Positions 22,827 through 33,109 of a DNA stretch of 64,000 nt are shown one piece after another. The position numbers were made by a program, and so were the translations under genes. Numbering within the stretch: the stretch's first letter is position 1; every line of letters begins with the position of its first letter. The stretch spans positions 868,001-932,000 of the forward strand of contig JANHCV010000006.1 in NCBI GenBank assembly GCA_025594325.1. The letters run 5' to 3'. This DNA is from Blastocladiella emersonii ATCC 22665. Its lineage: Eukaryota; Fungi; Blastocladiomycota. The notes under the pieces are model-generated. The model saw only the letters and a list, made by a program, of their open reading frames with translations, was not told the DNA's origin and searched no databases.

Positions 22827-23000
22827 CACGTGGAGCTGCGACGACGCGTCTTGTCTCGCGTCTCGTCTCCTGTCTCGCACCACTCGCCTTTTGTCGCCCG
22901 CTCACCGCTCGTTGCTCCGGTCAATCGAGAAGACTCTAATTTTCGACACCCGTTGTGTCCGTGTGTCGCCCTCGTCAACCGGCCGCGTCTCGCACCTTGC
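22827..23000 (+). promoter_or_regulatory. Candidate 7TM-gene promoter block: CACGTG (22827) and GTCTCGCACC twice (22872, 22987)
   Basis: Same motifs as in the GPCR promoters, on the sense strand of the 7TM gene starting at 23239. Confidence 0.45.
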
Positions 23001-23238
23001 CTGCTTCATGCCTTGTTCGCGCGCTGGTCGCTGATCCGCGCGGCCTTGGCCTTCGGATCACGGCCGTGTGGACCAGTACCCCCGTTGCACACGCGAGCGC
23101 CGAGCATGGAGCGCGGAACACATACGCGGGGTTTCCATCCGCCCGGGCCCGAGGCGCTCTCTCCTCGGCCTCCGCGGAATCTCGATCACTGACCATCACC
23201 GCGGCCACCGATCACTCCCCTGGCCACCGACCACCACC

Positions 23239-24405
23239 ATGGCCTTGACCGAGGTATACCCACCTTCCGATAGCCACCATGACCACATACTCACCCGCTC
23301 ACCCGTATAGAGCTCTTTCTCGTGGAACGGCGGCTCCTTCTACCTGGGCGTGATCCTGACGCTGCACCTCAACACGATCGCCTCAGCGTTCGAGCGGTGC
23401 CGGGACCGTTTTTCGCCGTACTTTGCCGCCATCATCGTGCTCGCCGTCTCGCACATCATCACGCTCGTCATCATCGTGGCCTATGGCGGCCAGAACGACC
23501 CGACGCAGCCAGAGGGCAAGGTCGCGCCGCTGACGGCCGGTCTCAACGCGCTTGCGATTCTGCTCGAGCATGTCACTGAGGTTGGGTTCGTGTCGCTCAA
23601 TTTTTTCCGGTACGGTTCTCTGGGTGATCGGCGTCGTGGCGGGAGCTGGCGCGTCTCCGCCTGGTCATCACGATATCAACTGACGCCCATGGCCACGACC
23701 ACGTCCAATACGCTGAGTAGGCTCAAGAAGCTCGCGCAGGTCAAGTACCCGCTGCCGATCCGGATCATGACCATTCTCGTGTTCCTGTACATGCTCGGGG
23801 TCACCATCCACAACATCTGGTTCCTCGTGTTGCTGTCGCGCAACGACTCGCTCATCACCATGGCCGGGCCCGCCAGCATGTTCAACCGTACGCCCTTTCC
23901 CCCGTGTCCTCCCCTCACCCTTACGCTAACCCTCACACTCACCCTAGTCATGTCCTTCTACGACGGCCTGCTGAACGCGGGCATCTCGCTGGGCTTCGTG
24001 CTATACCTGCGCAGCGTGACGCTCGACCCGCAGTTCGCGCGGTCCCGCTCGAGCCTGAGCTCGATGCTGGCGTCCGTCAAGTACTCGCTGGGCTTCGAAT
24101 GCGCGGTCATCATCGCCGCAAACCTGCTGCAGCTCGTCTCGCCCGCGTCCGACCCGCTGTGGATCGCCACCTACCTCTCGCTCGCGCTCCGCCTGCGCAT
24201 CTTCACCTCGTTCCTGAGCACGCTCGGCGTCATGCTGCGCCAGACCAACCGCAGTGATGGCGGGAGCAGTATCACGGGCGGTGCAGCAGGGGCAAACGCG
24301 GCGGGCACGTCGAACAGCGCGCTCTCGCAGATCCCGCTGCAAGCGGGCGGTGGGGGTACGCTCGTTGGCTCCCCGGCGGGGATCTCGCGGACGGGCAAGG
24401 AGTAG
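23239..24405 (+). CDS. Seven-transmembrane (GPCR-like) membrane protein
   Basis: ACCACCATG start, 15-nt first exon MALTE, three introns; seven hydrophobic segments and a Gly/Ser-rich cytoplasmic tail; no DRY or NPxxY motif. Confidence 0.7.
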
Positions 24406-24509
24406 CGGTGGTGGAGTCGACGTGTGAAGTGTGGAGCAACAAGAAAGAAAATTCAACATTACGTAGCACCGAGTGTGGGGTAGAAACAGCTTGAGCGGAG
24501 CGCCGTCGC

Positions 24510-24873
24510 TTACTCCTCGTCGTCAGCGGCCTTGGGCGCCGTCTTGGTCCAGGGGTCGCGCTTCGCGAGCATGCCCTACAGAACGCTCGACCGGCGTCAG
24601 GACCTCGTTCGGTCCAACCGGAACCCCAAAAGCAGTACCTGGCCGGCCACCGACAACTGGTACATGGCAAAGGGGATAGCAACGAGGCAGATGGCGCCGA
24701 TGCGCAGGGTGCGGGCGTTGATGCGGAAGTGCGCGTCCGTGGTCTCGCGCATGTGCGCCCACGCCTCGATGGCGGGGTCGTGCTTGACGGCTAGTTTGGG
24801 GGGGACCCCTCTCTCAGTTCCATCGTCCATGCGCGCTCGATACATTGCACGAACCGTTCTTTCCGGCGGCCAT
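24510..24873 (-). CDS. NDUFB4: NADH:ubiquinone oxidoreductase NDUFB4 (B15)-like subunit
   Basis: MAAGKN|AVKHDPAIEAWAHMRETTDAHFRINARTLRIGAICLVAIPF: DPA motif, F-R-x-x-x-R and one TM helix; two introns. Confidence 0.8.
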
Positions 24874-24985
24874 GGTGTTGATACGTTGCAGCTAGTGGTT
24901 GCTCGTGGGGACTCGTTACGATCGTTCTCGAGCGGCAAGAGCGCCTCAACAGGCGGAACGGGCGATCATGTGAGCTCCATCGACC

Positions 24986-25473
24986 ATGCGCCGCGAGAAA
25001 ATCTGCAGTACACGCTGGTACCGCCCTTGCGACTCGGTGCAACGTCGCCGCGACGCCTGACATCGCGCCGTGGTAGGGAGAAGGTGTGGGTGACGCGCGA
25101 CGGCGCGCCGTTCCCGGTCCTCAAGTGGGTCAAGAGTGCGTGCCGCGCGAGCGCGATTCCCACTGGCGACCATGGACTGACAATCCCCAAACTAGGCGAC
25201 GTGCCGCTCCCGGAGGTCGACGACACTGACGACCTCGAGGTTCCGAGCGAGTCCGTGGACCCGTCCTCGAGCGCGGTCGAGCCTGAGCCTGAGAGTAAGC
25301 CCGCGGAGGAGCCCGTGGCCATGGAGGTGGACGGCGAGGGCGTCGCGGATGGCGAGGTCGACGCCGATGGCGCCAAGGACACGGACTCGACGTTCATGGC
25401 GGCGCACGACACGGCCATGTACGACCAGGAGCACGAGCTGGACGTGGACGCGCCTGCCGCGCCCACCGAGTAA
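24986..25473 (+). CDS. BCL7/BDH-like small SWI/SNF-associated protein
   Basis: Exons 24986-25017, 25077-25135, 25196-25473 give MRREKICSTRWEKVWVTRDGAPFPVLKWVK plus an acidic tail; compare BCL7 [22 protein letters not shown]. Confidence 0.6.
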
Positions 25474-25523
25474 CGCAGACCATGAGCCCGTGGTATATCT
25501 ATACATTTTGTGGATTCAATCTC

Positions 25524-27575
25524 TCACTGCTTGCTCAGGGCCACCCCGTCGCGCTCCTCCTGACTCGCGCGCCGCTTCTTGGGCACATCGCTCTCGCCGC
25601 CATTCTCGTGCTCGCGCTTGGCGCCCGCGTGGAAGTGCTCGCGCATCCACGCGAGTGCGTCGGCTTGCGCCGTCGTGTCGTGGGCGAGCTGGAACTCCAT
25701 GACCCACTCGAGCGCCTCCTTGAGCAGCGGGCCCTTGGGCACCTGCAGCGACTTGGCCACGTCGTTGCCGTTGATGGCGGGCTTCGCGGACCACGCGTCG
25801 CCGAGACGCAGCGTCGCGATGCGCGATAGGAGCGCCGCGTAGCCCCGCGCGACATCGCGCGCCGCGGATTCGTGGCCCGCCGCGAGCCCCGTCACGCGCG
25901 GGATGAGCGAGGAGGGGTCCGTGGCGATGGCGAGGTGCGGCGCGAGGTCTGCCGCGAGCGCCACGGTCACGGCCGCGCGCCACGCACCCCCAACCCCGCG
26001 GCCGCCGACGCGGCGCACGAGCTGGCCGAGCGCGACGCGTTCCTCGTGTGCGCCAGTCCACGCGAACTTGTGCACCGCCGCCGGCCGCGCGGCCGGGTCG
26101 GCGCGGTACGCGAGCGCCATGGCCGAGACGTGCGGGACGGCGGCGTGGCACAGGGCGACCCATTCGGCGTCGTGGTTGGTGAGCTTGAGGTTGGTCTTGA
26201 CGACGTGCGGGGCGAGCGGGTGGATTGCCGCGGGCGGGTGCACCTGCGACGCCTGCGGCTTCTTGGCCGTGTGCGGGAAGATGGACGAGGTCCGCGGCAC
26301 GCTGCACGCGTACGGGGCAAAGGGGAGGGTCACGGCGGACAGGAACGCGGTGGTGGTCGCGGCGTCGAGCGCGGGGAGGAGCGACGCGTCCGACGACAGG
26401 TGCAGCGCGTCGAGCAGCGCCGTCGCGTGGCGGTCCGGCCGCGTGCGCGCGAGCCACTCGAGCGCGGCCGCCGTCGCCTGGCTTCCCGTCAAATTCACGT
26501 CGCGCTGCACCTCGGCGAGCTCGGCGGGCACCACGTCCGTCGCGGGGACGAGCGTCGGCGCACCGAGGGCCAGGTTGTGCGGGGCCGTGCGGCGGAACAG
26601 GCGCAGCTCGTCAAAGTGGGCGAACGCGACGGTGCGCAGGACGCCCAAATGGTCGAGCATGGCGATGGCGTGGGCGGGGGACGGGCCGGCGAGCATCTTG
26701 CCGACCTCGACGCCGATGCGCTCCTTGGAGATCTTGTTGGCGAGGGCGTCGTGGATGGCGGGGTCGTCGCGGACGGCGGCGACCACGGACTCGTCGAGGC
26801 GGAACCCGAGTCGACTCGCGAACCGCACGGCGCGCAGGACGCGCAGCGGGTCGTCGTGGAACGTCTCGCGGGCGGCGAGCGGGGTGCGGATCACCTGGTG
26901 AGCGAGGTCCAGCAGGCCGCGGCCGGTCCAGTCCTCGACCTGCGCGGTCGCCACGCTGTAGAAGAGCGCGTTGATGGTGCAGTCGCGGCGCTGCGCGTCC
27001 TGCAGCGGCGTCCCAAACTCGACGGCGGCGGGGATGCGCGAGTGCTCCTGGTACGTCTCGGAGCGCAGGTTGACGAAATCGAGGTCGTAGCCGAGCACGC
27101 GGCAGGTCGCCGTCTCGAGGTGCTTGCTCTTGTCGGGGTTGCTCTGGATCTTGGCGAGCCCCGCGAACAGCGCGGCGTGCGGGCCGTGCTTGCTCGCGGC
27201 GCGCGCCGCGTCAACCGCGTCGGCCGCGTCGGAGACGACGGCGTGCGCCTCGTCGGCGTGGTCGCGCACGTACGCGGCGAGCACCTGGGCAAAGTCGTAG
27301 CCCATCATGGTGTCGAGGGCAATGTCGAGGTCGTCCGACTCCTTGCCCAGCAGCTTGTCCCGCACCCACCCGCCGGCGACGCGGCACACGACGGGCTGCG
27401 GCGCGTGGCGCGCGGCGGCGTTGAGCAGGCGGAACAGCCGCTGCTCGTCGACGGTCGGCGTGATGGCGAGGTCGGCGGGGTCCATGGTGGCAGTGGTGGT
27501 GGCGAGGTGGCGGGACAGCAGCAACGGCGGGGCTCGGTTCTTAATGGCGGCAGCGGCGGTGCGAGCCAGGTGCAT
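25524..27575 (-). CDS. CCA1: CCA tRNA nucleotidyltransferase, intronless
   Basis: RVAGGWVRDKLLG.ESDDLDIA, KSKHLETAT, DFVNLRSETY, DAQRRDCTINALFY, DDPLRVLRAVRFASR, SKERIGVE. Confidence 0.96.
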   Translation of the reverse strand: MHLARTAAAAIKNRAPPLLLSRHLATTTATMDPADLAITPTVDEQRLFRLLNAAARHAPQPVVCRVAGGWVRDKLLGKESDDLDIALDTMMGYDFAQVLAAYVRDHADEAHAVVSDAADAVDAARAASKHGPHAALFAGLAKIQSNPDKSKHLETATCRVLGYDLDFVNLRSETYQEHSRIPAAVEFGTPLQDAQRRDCTINALFYSVATAQVEDWTGRGLLDLAHQVIRTPLAARETFHDDPLRVLRAVRFASRLGFRLDESVVAAVRDDPAIHDALANKISKERIGVEVGKMLAGPSPAHAIAMLDHLGVLRTVAFAHFDELRLFRRTAPHNLALGAPTLVPATDVVPAELAEVQRDVNLTGSQATAAALEWLARTRPDRHATALLDALHLSSDASLLPALDAATTTAFLSAVTLPFAPYACSVPRTSSIFPHTAKKPQASQVHPPAAIHPLAPHVVKTNLKLTNHDAEWVALCHAAVPHVSAMALAYRADPAARPAAVHKFAWTGAHEERVALGQLVRRVGGRGVGGAWRAAVTVALAADLAPHLAIATDPSSLIPRVTGLAAGHESAARDVARGYAALLSRIATLRLGDAWSAKPAINGNDVAKSLQVPKGPLLKEALEWVMEFQLAHDTTAQADALAWMREHFHAGAKREHENGGESDVPKKRRASQEERDGVALSKQ

Positions 27576-28380
27576 GAGCGTCTCGTAGCGTTCTCGTCGC
27601 GACAGAGCTGGCGGCGGCGGAGAGGGAGAGGGCAGTGCGTCGATGGGGCGTGCAACGCTGCTCCCGGACTCGACCGAACGCGAGACGTACGGCACGTGCG
27701 CGACCTGCCACTCCGCTCGGCCGCGTCCCACGGCTGCCGCGCCACCATCGGCCGTGACCGTGACCCTTTTTTGTTCGCCTCGCAGCGGCCGCGCCCCGCC
27801 GCCCCGCTGGCGCTGTCGGCCTCGATCTCTCTCCCGCCGGGCCAGAGACCCCGACTGATCAAGGAGACCGCGACGGGAAACCCCGACTCGACCCAGGAAC
27901 GCCGCCCTGCTTGTACGTGCACGCGCTGTCGCCCACCCCCCGCTCTAGGTCCCTGCCGGGCTGTCCGCGCACATCTTGATGCCGTGGAAGCCGGCTGCTG
28001 AGGAGGAGATGAAGAGGACCCAGACCGCAGAAAGTCCGGCGTGGTGGGTTCCCCGCACACCCAGGCACGGGCAGCGTGCGGCGGCCGCGGCGGGCGACCA
28101 CGCGCCGCGCCGCCGCCGCGCCGCTTTCCGGCCGACCCCCTCTCCCCTCCCCTCTCCTCGCCCGAGCCGACCCCTACGCTCACACACCACCCCATGTTAA
28201 CACTACCTGCACTGCGCCCTAGCACTTGATAACCTGCTCCGGCCCGGCCCGACCACACTCGCCCTTGCGCACTTGCTTCACGGACGGCAGCGCCGACCCG
28301 ACACCCCGCCCCACCACGCGGCCTGCCACTCCCTCTACCCTCGCTACATACCCTCTCTCTCTCTCCCGCACTCTGGGCCG

Positions 28381-31263
28381 ATGCAGCAACCGCAGCCACC
28401 ACCCCCGCAACCCGCCGCGCTCCAGGCCCACCAGCTGCAGGCGCTCCAGAACCAGGCCCTGCTCCAGCAGCAACAGCAGCAGCAGCAACTCCTTCAGCAG
28501 CAGCAGCTTCACCAGCAGCGCATGCAGATGCAGCAGCAGCAGCAGCTTCAGGGCGGCCAGCCCATGCAGGTCCAGGTCCAGATGCCGCCCGGCCAGCCCA
28601 TGAACCCCCAGCAGCAACAGCAGATGCAGATGCAGCACCAGCTTCTCCTTCAACAGCAGCAGCAACAACAACAACAACAACAGCAGATGCAGCAGATGCA
28701 GATGCAGCACCAGCAGCTCACGCTCGAGCAGCAGCAGCAGCTTCTCCTCCAGCAGCAGCACGCCGAGCAGCAGCAGCAACAGCAGCAGCAGATCCAGCTT
28801 CAGATGCAGCAGCAGCGCCAGCAGCAGCTCCAGCTTCAGCAGCAGCAGATGCAGCAGCAGCAGGCCATGTCGCTGCACGCGAGCAACGCGTCGCTCACCG
28901 ACCTCGCGCGACCGCCGCCACCGCAGTCTGCCGCCGCCATGGCCGCTGCCCGTGCCTCGGCCACCCCGATGCCCACCAGCTTCCCGCAACAGAGCGGCGG
29001 GCCCGTGCAGTTCCAGCCCGTCGCCATGACCGCGCAGGGCCCCATCTACGCGCCCGGTGCCGCCGCCACAGCCGCTGCCCTCGCCACCGCGCGGCTCTCG
29101 GCGACCCCCGCCCCACTCGCCGGCTCGCTCCCCGGCGGCCCACCACCACCACCGGGACCCCCGCCGCCGCCCGCGCACAACATGGTCCGCGCCGCGACCG
29201 TCATGTCGACCGCGTCCGCTGCCAACAACAACCCCGGCGCGCCCGCGGGCCCGCCACCACCACCGCAGCTGCCGGCGCTCCCGCCCGGCTCGGCGCTCGC
29301 CAAGGTCCATGCCGTGCTCGCCGACTGGTCGCCGCCGCACCCCGGCATGGCCCGCGACCTCGGGTACTGGCAGGCCATGGTCCAGCGACACTTCCACGAG
29401 CACGCCACGCTGCGCTTCACCACGGCGCCGAGTAACGCGCCGCAGACGGCGGCGGCCGCGGCCGCGGCAGCTGCAGCAGCAGCTGCTGCGTCGTCCGAGT
29501 CGGGTCCTGCGCCACCACCACCACCCGCGCCGCCGACTGCCGCAACCCCGCCATCTTCGGGCGCGCGGTCGTTCGACCTGCCCGGCGGGTTCCTGCCGCG
29601 CTACTTTTGGCTGCAGTACGCGCTGGGCGGCGTGGTGACGTCGCACTTCTCGCTCGACGTGCCGCCGCGCGAGCACTACCTGCCAAACGGCACGCTGGTC
29701 GCCGACATCCCGCGGTGCACCATGGTGCAGCGGCTCGAGAACGGGAGCGCCATGACGTCCGACTGCACCCTGCGCGTCACGCTGTCGCCGACGTCCCCGC
29801 CGCCGCTCCCGCCACCACCGCCGCTCTCGGCCGCGGCTGCCGGCCTCGACAACGCGACGTACCAGCGGCTCATCCAGCAGTACCAGATGCACGTCCAGCA
29901 GCACCACGCGTTCGTGCCCACGTACAAGATCGAGTTCTGGGACTTGATCGTCAAGCGGTTCGAGGAGTCCGTGTCCCGCCCCGCCCTCGCGCGAGCGCAG
30001 GCCATGTGGCAGGCCCAGGTCGAAAAGTACCTCAAGAACCACCTCGCCGCCATGGCGTCGTCGTCCGCCGCCGCCGCCGCCGCGGCCGCGAACGGCGGCA
30101 CCGGGTCGACGCCGACCCCCGAGGAGCTCGCCGCGAACGCCGCCGCGAACGCCGCCGCGAGTCTCGGCCCGCCGCCGACGCTGAGACTGCCCGAGTCCAT
30201 GTCCAACGACGTCGGCGTCAGCGTCCGGCTCATGCGCGCGCTCGAGATTGCGGATGTCGTCAACTGCATGAAGGACATTATCGTGCTCTCGCAGGCCAAG
30301 TCGCTCGGCCCGTTCCGTACGGTTTTCTTGGGTGGTCGTTTCGCGCAACGCTGGCTCACACTTTGGTCCGACTTTGTAGAGGCGCTGCACCAGATCACGC
30401 TGCTCATCGAGCAACTTCCTCCTCACGCGCGCGGCATGGGTGCTCCCGCCGAGCCGTCCATCAAGTCGTCGCCGCCACCATTGCCCAGCAGCGCGCCGAG
30501 TACGCGGCCCAACACGGCCGCGACGGGCACGACGGACCCAGCGTCTACGGGCGCCATCCAGGCCCCGCCCACGCCCAACCCGTCGACGTCGCCCACGGGC
30601 CTGTCGGGCACCGGAACTCGCGACAAGGATGCCGCAGGGCAGAGCGATTCCGGTTCGTTCGCTGTGCTCGACTCGCGGGCAGACTATCAGCTGACACTCG
30701 ACCGTTTAGACCTCGTCCACGTCAAACCCGAACCCGACGCGTCCGCAACCTCCACCAACGGCGGCGCCGCCTCATCCGACTCGCTCAAATCGCCGCCGCC
30801 ACCGCCGCCACCACCCCCGGCCACCACGACCAAGGGCGGCAAGGCCGCCGGCGCCGTCAAGCGCAAAGCGTCGGGCGCCGCGGGCGGGAACCCGAAACGT
30901 CCGCGCGCGAAAGCGCTCCGGCTCAGCCCGCCGACGCGCGCCGCGGACCTCGCCGCGGGCGAACTCGACTCGCCGCGGTCCTCGGAGTCCTCGCCCCTCA
31001 CGTCGCCCACGCTCGCCGCCAACGGGCCCGCGTCCGCGCCGCCGACCGGACGCAAGTCCAAGGCAAGGTCGCGCGCCAAGGGTACTGCGGCGTCCGCCGT
31101 CACGTCGCCCGCGTCGCCGCAGCTCACGCACCTGCCGTCGTCGCCCGTCGTGCTCGTCGGGCGCGGCGGCGGGGTCACGGTGCAGCAGTCGCCTGGGTCG
31201 TCGTCGTCGCCCGCGGGCGCTGCGCCGGCTGCGCTCGCATCGCCGACGACGGGCGCGGCGTAG
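28381..31263 (+). CDS. LIM-domain-binding family transcriptional co-regulator (Adn1/Mfg1/PtaB/SEUSS-like) with polyQ N-terminus
   Basis: DLGYWQAMVQRHF, RSFDL...LPRYF, KIEFWDL, ND.GVS.RLMRALEIADVVNCMKDI...LGP; intron ~30318-30379. Confidence 0.85.
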   Translation: MQQPQPPPPQPAALQAHQLQALQNQALLQQQQQQQQLLQQQQLHQQRMQMQQQQQLQGGQPMQVQVQMPPGQPMNPQQQQQMQMQHQLLLQQQQQQQQQQQQMQQMQMQHQQLTLEQQQQLLLQQQHAEQQQQQQQQIQLQMQQQRQQQLQLQQQQMQQQQAMSLHASNASLTDLARPPPPQSAAAMAAARASATPMPTSFPQQSGGPVQFQPVAMTAQGPIYAPGAAATAAALATARLSATPAPLAGSLPGGPPPPPGPPPPPAHNMVRAATVMSTASAANNNPGAPAGPPPPPQLPALPPGSALAKVHAVLADWSPPHPGMARDLGYWQAMVQRHFHEHATLRFTTAPSNAPQTAAAAAAAAAAAAAASSESGPAPPPPPAPPTAATPPSSGARSFDLPGGFLPRYFWLQYALGGVVTSHFSLDVPPREHYLPNGTLVADIPRCTMVQRLENGSAMTSDCTLRVTLSPTSPPPLPPPPPLSAAAAGLDNATYQRLIQQYQMHVQQHHAFVPTYKIEFWDLIVKRFEESVSRPALARAQAMWQAQVEKYLKNHLAAMASSSAAAAAAAANGGTGSTPTPEELAANAAANAAASLGPPPTLRLPESMSNDVGVSVRLMRALEIADVVNCMKDIIVLSQAKSLGPFRTVFLGGRFAQRWLTLWSDFVEALHQITLLIEQLPPHARGMGAPAEPSIKSSPPPLPSSAPSTRPNTAATGTTDPASTGAIQAPPTPNPSTSPTGLSGTGTRDKDAAGQSDSGSFAVLDSRADYQLTLDRLDLVHVKPEPDASATSTNGGAASSDSLKSPPPPPPPPPATTTKGGKAAGAVKRKASGAAGGNPKRPRAKALRLSPPTRAADLAAGELDSPRSSESSPLTSPTLAANGPASAPPTGRKSKARSRAKGTAASAVTSPASPQLTHLPSSPVVLVGRGGGVTVQQSPGSSSSPAGAAPAALASPTTGAA
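28441..28866 (+). repeat. CAG/CAA polyglutamine tract (coding)
   Basis: About 140 codons dominated by CAG/CAA, punctuated by M, L and H. Confidence 0.95.
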
Positions 31264-31330
31264 TGCGGCGGGATCAGGATGAGAGAGAGAGGGTTGATAG
31301 GAGTAATATTTATTTATTTGAGCGGTTTCT

Positions 31331-33109
31331 TCAGTCGTCATCTGCGTCGACCTTCTCGTCGTCACCGTCCTTGCCGTCGCCCAGCGGCGCGTTGATGCTC
31401 GAGTCCAACATGAGCGTGAGGCCGCCCGTCACCAAGGCGAGAAGCGACATCACGTAGAAGATGAGGTGGTAGTCGAACGGCTCGGACGTCGAGTACAGCG
31501 ACAGCGAGAAGAGCGAGCCCGTCACGATCGGCGCAATGATGCGCGACAGCGACGCGAACGCCTGGCCGAGCCCGTTCATCGCGCCGCGGTCCTTGGTGAG
31601 CGTCGCGTTGCTGACCATCACGAACACGGACGTGAACGAGTTGGTCGCGTTGATCTCGAACACGACCTGGAGCACGAGCAGCACGATGCGCGACCCCCAC
31701 ACCGTGTCGACGAGCCCGGGCACCAGCTGCGGGACCCGCGGGTACAGTATATGCACGGCGATCGGCACCAGCGTCCCGACGCGGTACACGGTCAGCGCGC
31801 CGAACCGGCGCTCGAACGACGGGAACAGGACCAGCTGGTACGCCAGGTTGATGGCGCCGCACACGCTCGAGATGAACCCGAAGTCGGCCGACTCGAGCGC
31901 GAGCCCGCCCTCGGGGCGCGGCAGACGCGCCCACAGGATCGCCGCCTCGAGGAACGCCACATCCACGGCCGACGTGCAAAAGTACAGCAGGCACACGATC
32001 AGCGCGGTCCGCGTGCTGATCAGCTCGAGGAACGTCAGTGGGCGGTCGTCGACGGACTTGACGGCGCCCGTGTCCGCGTCCTTGGCCTTGGGGTCAGCGG
32101 TGGCCGCGGCGGCCGCGGCCGCGTCTTCCTTCTGTGCCGTGAGCCGCGTGCGCCCGTCTTTTCCGATATCCTGCAGCCACGTCAGGCCCGGGATTGGCGT
32201 CGGGTTGGGCAGGGTCTCGGGGAGGCACCAGTACATGAACGCGCAAACGAGCAGGCCGAGGATCCCGCCGACGAGCGTCGGGAGCGCGTACGGCCACACC
32301 CCAAAAAACGAGTCGGCCGCGAAGAGCCCCGGGTACTGCAGCGCCGGGCGCGCGAGATATCCACCGATTGAAGGGGCTAAAATCATGCCCAGGGACCAGC
32401 CGACCGTCATAATAGAGTATCCGCGCGATAAGTGCTCAGGCGCGCACACCTCGGCCATCTGCGCCTTGGCCGTGCTCAGCACGCCGTTGGCCAGGCCCAT
32501 GGCGGTGCGCCACACAATCGACCACGCGAACGACGACGAGAAGCCGAACAGGATCATGAAGACCGACGTCAAAGCGTAGCCGACGATCAGGACGACCTTG
32601 CGGCCGTACCGGTCGCTCACGACGCCCCACGGGTAGCTACACGACTCCAGATGTCAGTTCACTGATCCGCGCAATGTTAATAGGCGCAATGCGAGTAGTT
32701 GCGTCGGCTTTTGCAATGAGAATCGTGCAACGTACTTGGTGAGCGTCGAGCCGGCCATACACGACGCCGTCATCCAGCCTGCGTACGTCCCGACCTGCTT
32801 CGGGTCGTCTGTTACCCGGGCATCTTCCACCATCCACACCATATAGGGCAGAATGACCATATAACCAAGTCCTGCCATAAACATGCAAGAAGTAAGCGCG
32901 AGGACGGGAGCCCACGGGAACTTGGGCGGCGACTTGGCGGTCGACTGTGGTGGCGCAGCAGCAGCCCCCCGATCGGCAAGCGTCGCCGTATCGGATGCTG
33001 TGGGCAGCAGGACGAGCTCCTCGTCCTGGAGCTCGTTGCCGTTCGCAGCGGCAGCTGCAGCGACGGGTAGGTCGGCAGCTTGAGATTTCTCGTCGACGGT
33101 GGATTGCAT
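31331..33109 (-). CDS. MFS transporter (ZIFL/YCR023C-like DHA1 family)
   Basis: WGVVSDRYGRKVVLI (MFS motif A), RTAMGLANG, SIGGYLARPALQYP, GAMNGLGQAFASLSRIIAP. Confidence 0.9.

Noticed and set aside
23890-23947. TLTLTLTL peptide repeat / telomere-like CTAACCC in the 7TM ORF
   Set aside because: Falls inside an intron (GTACGC...CTAAC...CTAG); it is the branch site and pyrimidine tract.
25872-28001. 709-aa + strand ORF, and similar long ORFs (6704-8389 +, 41867-43777 -, 28219-30426 -, 45509-47344 +)
   Set aside because: Antisense shadows of real genes caused by high GC3; R/G/A-rich with no domain motifs.
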